A stretch of DNA of 64,000 nt from the human T2T-CHM13v2.0 reference genome, Homo sapiens. The position numbers and the translations under genes were made by a program. Under the pieces are notes generated by a model. That model saw only the letters and a list, made by a program, of their open reading frames with translations. It was not told the DNA's origin and ran no database searches. Position 1 is the first letter of the stretch. Every line of letters begins with the position of its first letter. The DNA is taken from NCBI RefSeq assembly GCF_009914755.1, contig NC_060948.1; one strand, given 5' to 3'. Positions 58,639 to 64,000 of this stretch are shown here, piece after piece.

Positions 58639-60742
58639 AGATCCATATTTTTTAAATGAAAAAAAATTTCAAAGGTACTCTGCTTGGTACAATAATCAAA
58701 TGTATAAACTGAGGAATAAAACATAACCATGAAACCTACTTATAACTGCATATGGAAAATACAGAGGATAATTTTTTAAATAACATATTTTGAAAGCCTT
58801 AACTAGTAATTTGAAGAGTTGGCATTTGAAAGGCCAGTATGAATATACCTTCAAAGCAGCAACACAGGTTCCCCATGAGAAAAAGCAAACACAGGGAAAA
58901 TAAAAACACAAAGGTTCAATCTCTTCTGACCTTTGAAAGACACAGCACAGACAGTGGTCCTTAGGACGAAGAGCAGGAGACCCCTAATTCCGTCACCATG
59001 GCGATAGGGCATAAACATTGCTGGGTGAGGGCACAATCCACATTGTGAGGTCCAACTGCTGCCAGGAAGACAGGAGTGCTTTTACATAGACCGAAAGGTC
59101 ATTGAAGGCTCAGAGTTTTGTTTCAAGAACTGAATCCCAAGCCCACACGTTATTAGGCTGCGCTTCTTAAAACAAGTTATGAGATGGGAAAAAGGGCACC
59201 CACAAACATACGTATACATTATGTATATAATAATATACAGTATCATATATATAATATATATAACCTATGTATAATATTGTTTTACATCCTGCATCTTATG
59301 TTATATATATTGTATAAAATATAATAATTGATAATATATAAGTTTTATAATTATACAATATGACATATAGTATATATTATAATTTATGACATATATAATA
59401 TATGTTATATATCATATATAGAGTATATTATACGGTTAATATACGTATTAAATATAAATTATACATTATATATATTATATATAATATATCTGTTATATAT
59501 AATACCCATTATGCATAATATATATATTATGTCTATGTTATATATAGTATAAAACAACATATAATAATATATAATTGTATATATAAAATGCGACATATAA
59601 TATATATTATATTTTATAACATATGTAATATATATTATATATTATCTATAATACGTTGTATGTATAATACCTATATTAAATATATATTATATGACTATGT
59701 TATTAATTACATGTCACATGTGTTATATATTATATATTTTAAATAGAATATACCGGTTACATACAATATATACTATGTTACCTATAATGTATAATTTATT
59801 ACATGTAAAATAAGGAATGCAATATATTATGTATAATTTATAATATACAATATGTGGAATGTGATATATATAACATATAATATATGATATATGATATACA
59901 GTATATGATATATAACATACAATATATGATTCCTAATATATATGGTATACAATATATATTTTATGATATGTATTCTATATGTTTTATATTCTGTTATATA
60001 TAACTATTTGAAATTATATATAACTTTATAATATTTTATGTAATATGTAATATAATATATATAACTATATAATATATTATATATAACTATATATTATGTT
60101 ATATATACTTTTATAACATAATTTACATAAAATATCATAATATAATATATATTATATTATTTCATATTACATAATATATATTACATATCACCCAATATAA
60201 CTAACATACATAATATTATAATATAGATTATATTATGTTATATTAAATATCATATATATCATGTATCATATATTCTATAGTATATATTACACATTATATA
60301 ATATGTATGTTGTCTATTATGTGATATATATAACTATATATATAATTATATTTTTATACATATAACTAGATAAACATGTAATTCTACATATTTTCATTTA
60401 TAATATGTAGAATTATATAATCATATATAATTATTTATATTCTATAAAAAATTTTATCATTATATGAATTATAATATATAAAAATTATAATATGTACTAC
60501 AAATATATATATTATATATCATATATGATATAGTACCTTTGTTATATATCATAATACATATAAATGTGTATTATGTTATCTATAATTATATAATTTCATA
60601 TATAAGATGTATAATATGTATCATATATTATATATGTTATGTAATATATATAGTATATATAAGATGACACAGGATAAATATTATATACTATGACATATAA
60701 AATATATGAGGTTATATGTTACATATAATGCATAGCACATAA

Positions 60743-61057
<315 letters not shown>

Positions 61058-63161
61058 AGATCCGTATTTTTTAAATGAAAAAAAATTTCAAAGGTACTCT
61101 GCTTGGTACAATAATCAAATGTATAAACTGAGGAATAAAACATAACCATGAAACCTACTTATAACTGCATATGGAAAATACAGAGGATAATTTTTTAAAT
61201 AACATATTTTGAAAGCCTTAACTAGTAATTTGAAGAGTTGGCATTTGAAAGGCCAGTATGAATATACCTTCAAAGCAGCAACACAGGTTCCCCATGAGAA
61301 AAAGCAAACACAGGGAAAATAAAAACACAAAGGTTCAATCTCTTCTGACTTTTGAAAGACACAGCACAGACAGTGGTCCTTAGGACGAAGAGCAGGAGAC
61401 CCCTAATTCCGTCACCATGGCGATAGGGCATAAACATTGCTGGGTGAGGGCACAATCCACATTGTGAGGTCCAACTGCTGCCAGGAAGACAGGAGTGCTT
61501 TTACATAGACCGAAAGGTCATTGAAGGCTCAGAGTTTTGTTTCAAGAACTGAATCCCAAGCCCACACGTTATTAGGCTGCGCTTCTTAAAACAAGTTATG
61601 AGATGGGAAAAAGGGCACCCACAAACATACGTATACATTATGTATATAATAATATACAGTATCATATATATAATATATATAACCTATGTATAATATTGTG
61701 TTACATCCTGCATCTTATGTTATATATATTGTATAAAATATAATAATTGATAATATATAAGTTTTATAATTATACAATATGACATATAGTATATATTATA
61801 ATTTATGACATATATAATATATGTTATATATCATATATAGAATATATTATACGGTTAATATACGTATTAAATATAAATTATACATTATATATATTATATA
61901 TAATATATCTGTTATATATAATACCCATTATGCATAATATATATATTATGTCTATGTTATATATAGTATAAAACAACATATAATAATATATAATTGTATA
62001 TATAAAATGCGACATATAATATATATTATATTTTATAACATATGTAATATATATTATATATTATATATAATACGTTGTATGTATAATACCTATATTAAAT
62101 ATATATTATATGACTATGTTATTAATTACATGTCACATGTGTTATATATTATATATTTTAAATAGAATATACCGGTTACATACAATATATACTATGTTAC
62201 CTATAATGTATAATTTATTACATGTAAAATAAGGAATGCAATATATTATGTATAATTTATAATATACAATATGTGGAATGTGATATATATAACATATAAT
62301 ATATGATATATGATATACAGTATATGATATATAACATACAATATATGATTCCTAAAATATATGGTATACAATGTATATTTTATGTTATGTATTCTATATG
62401 TTTTATATTCTGTTATATATAACTATTTGAAATTATATATAACTGTATAATATTTTATGTAATATGTAATATAATATATATAACTATATAATATATTATA
62501 TATAACTATATATTATGTTATATATACTTTTATAACATAATTTACATAAAATATCATAATATAATATATATTATATTATTTCATATTACATAATATATAT
62601 TACATATCACCCAATATAAGTAACATACATAATATTATAATATAGATTATATTATGTTATATTAAATATCATATATATCATGTATCATATATTCTATAAT
62701 ATATATTACACATTATATAATATGTATGTTGTCTATTATGTGATATATATAACTATATATATTATTATATTTTTATACATATAACTAGATAAACATGTAA
62801 TTCTACATATTTTCATTTATAATATGTAGAATTATATAATCATATATAATTATTTATATTCTATAAAAAATTTTATTATTATATGAATTATAATATATAA
62901 AAATTATAATATGTACTACAAATATATATATTATATATCATATATGATATACTACCTTTGTTATATATCATAATACATATAAATGTGTATTATGTTATCT
63001 ATAATTATATAATTTCATATATAAGATGTATAATATGTATCATATATTATATATGTTATGTAATATATATAGTATATATAAGATGACACAGGATAAATAT
63101 TATATACTATGACATATAAAATATATGAGGTTATATGTTACATATAATGCATAGCACATAA

Positions 63162-63476
<315 letters not shown>

Positions 63477-64000
63477 AGATCCGTATTTTTTAAATGAAAA
63501 AAAATTTCAAAGGTACTCTGCTTGGTACAATAATCAAATGTATAAACTGAGGAATAAAACATAACCATGAAACCTACTTATAACGGCATATGGAAAATAC
63601 AGAGGATAATTTTTTAAATAACATATTTTGAAAGCCTTAACTAGTAATTTGAAGAGTTGGCATTTGAAAGGCCAGTATGAATATACCTTCAAAGCAGCAA
63701 CACAGGTTCCCCATGAGAAAAAGCAAACTCAGGGAAAATAAAACCACAAAGGTTCAATCTCTTCTGACTTTTGAAAGACACAGCACAGACAGTGGTCCTT
63801 AGGACGAAGAGCAGGAGACCCCTAATTCCGTCACCATGGCGATAGGGCATAAACATTGCTGGGTGAGGGCACAATCCACATTGTGAGGTCCAACTGCTGC
63901 CAGGAAGACAGGAGTGCTTTTACATAGACCGAAAGGTCATTGAAGGCTCAGAGTTTTGTTTCAAGAACTGAATCCCAAGCCCACACGTTATTAGGCTGCG
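63477..64000. repeat. HSATI-type block, unit 27 (truncated by window end)
   Basis: Matches 558-1081. Confidence 0.8.

Overview
The whole 64-kb window is one uninterrupted head-to-tail tandem array of a ~2,420-bp composite unit. There are 27 copies of the Alu/GC-richer part and ~26.4 periods; individual periods, read from the repeating ORF anchor, are 2,418-2,422 bp. Each unit has three parts: a minus-strand, diverged, slightly 5'-truncated Alu (~292 bp, with an internal 14-bp duplication), a ~570-bp moderately GC-rich block (HSATI-type), and a ~1.56-kb extremely AT-rich degenerate (TA)n block. This architecture, the period, and the predicted ~2.15-kb HaeIII and ~2.42-kb MspI fragments match the known human DYZ2/HSat1B satellite, most likely in Yq12 heterochromatin. 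There are no credible protein-coding genes; all ORFs are by-products of the repeat. I found no evidence of a new gene system. The informative signal is in the variants between copies: a 3-unit (7.26-kb) higher-order duplication, several recent single-unit duplications, two regional sub-families, conversion-like patchwork and more diverged units at both window ends. More speculatively, each unit retains Pol III A/B boxes and carries clustered NBRE and TCF/LEF motifs.
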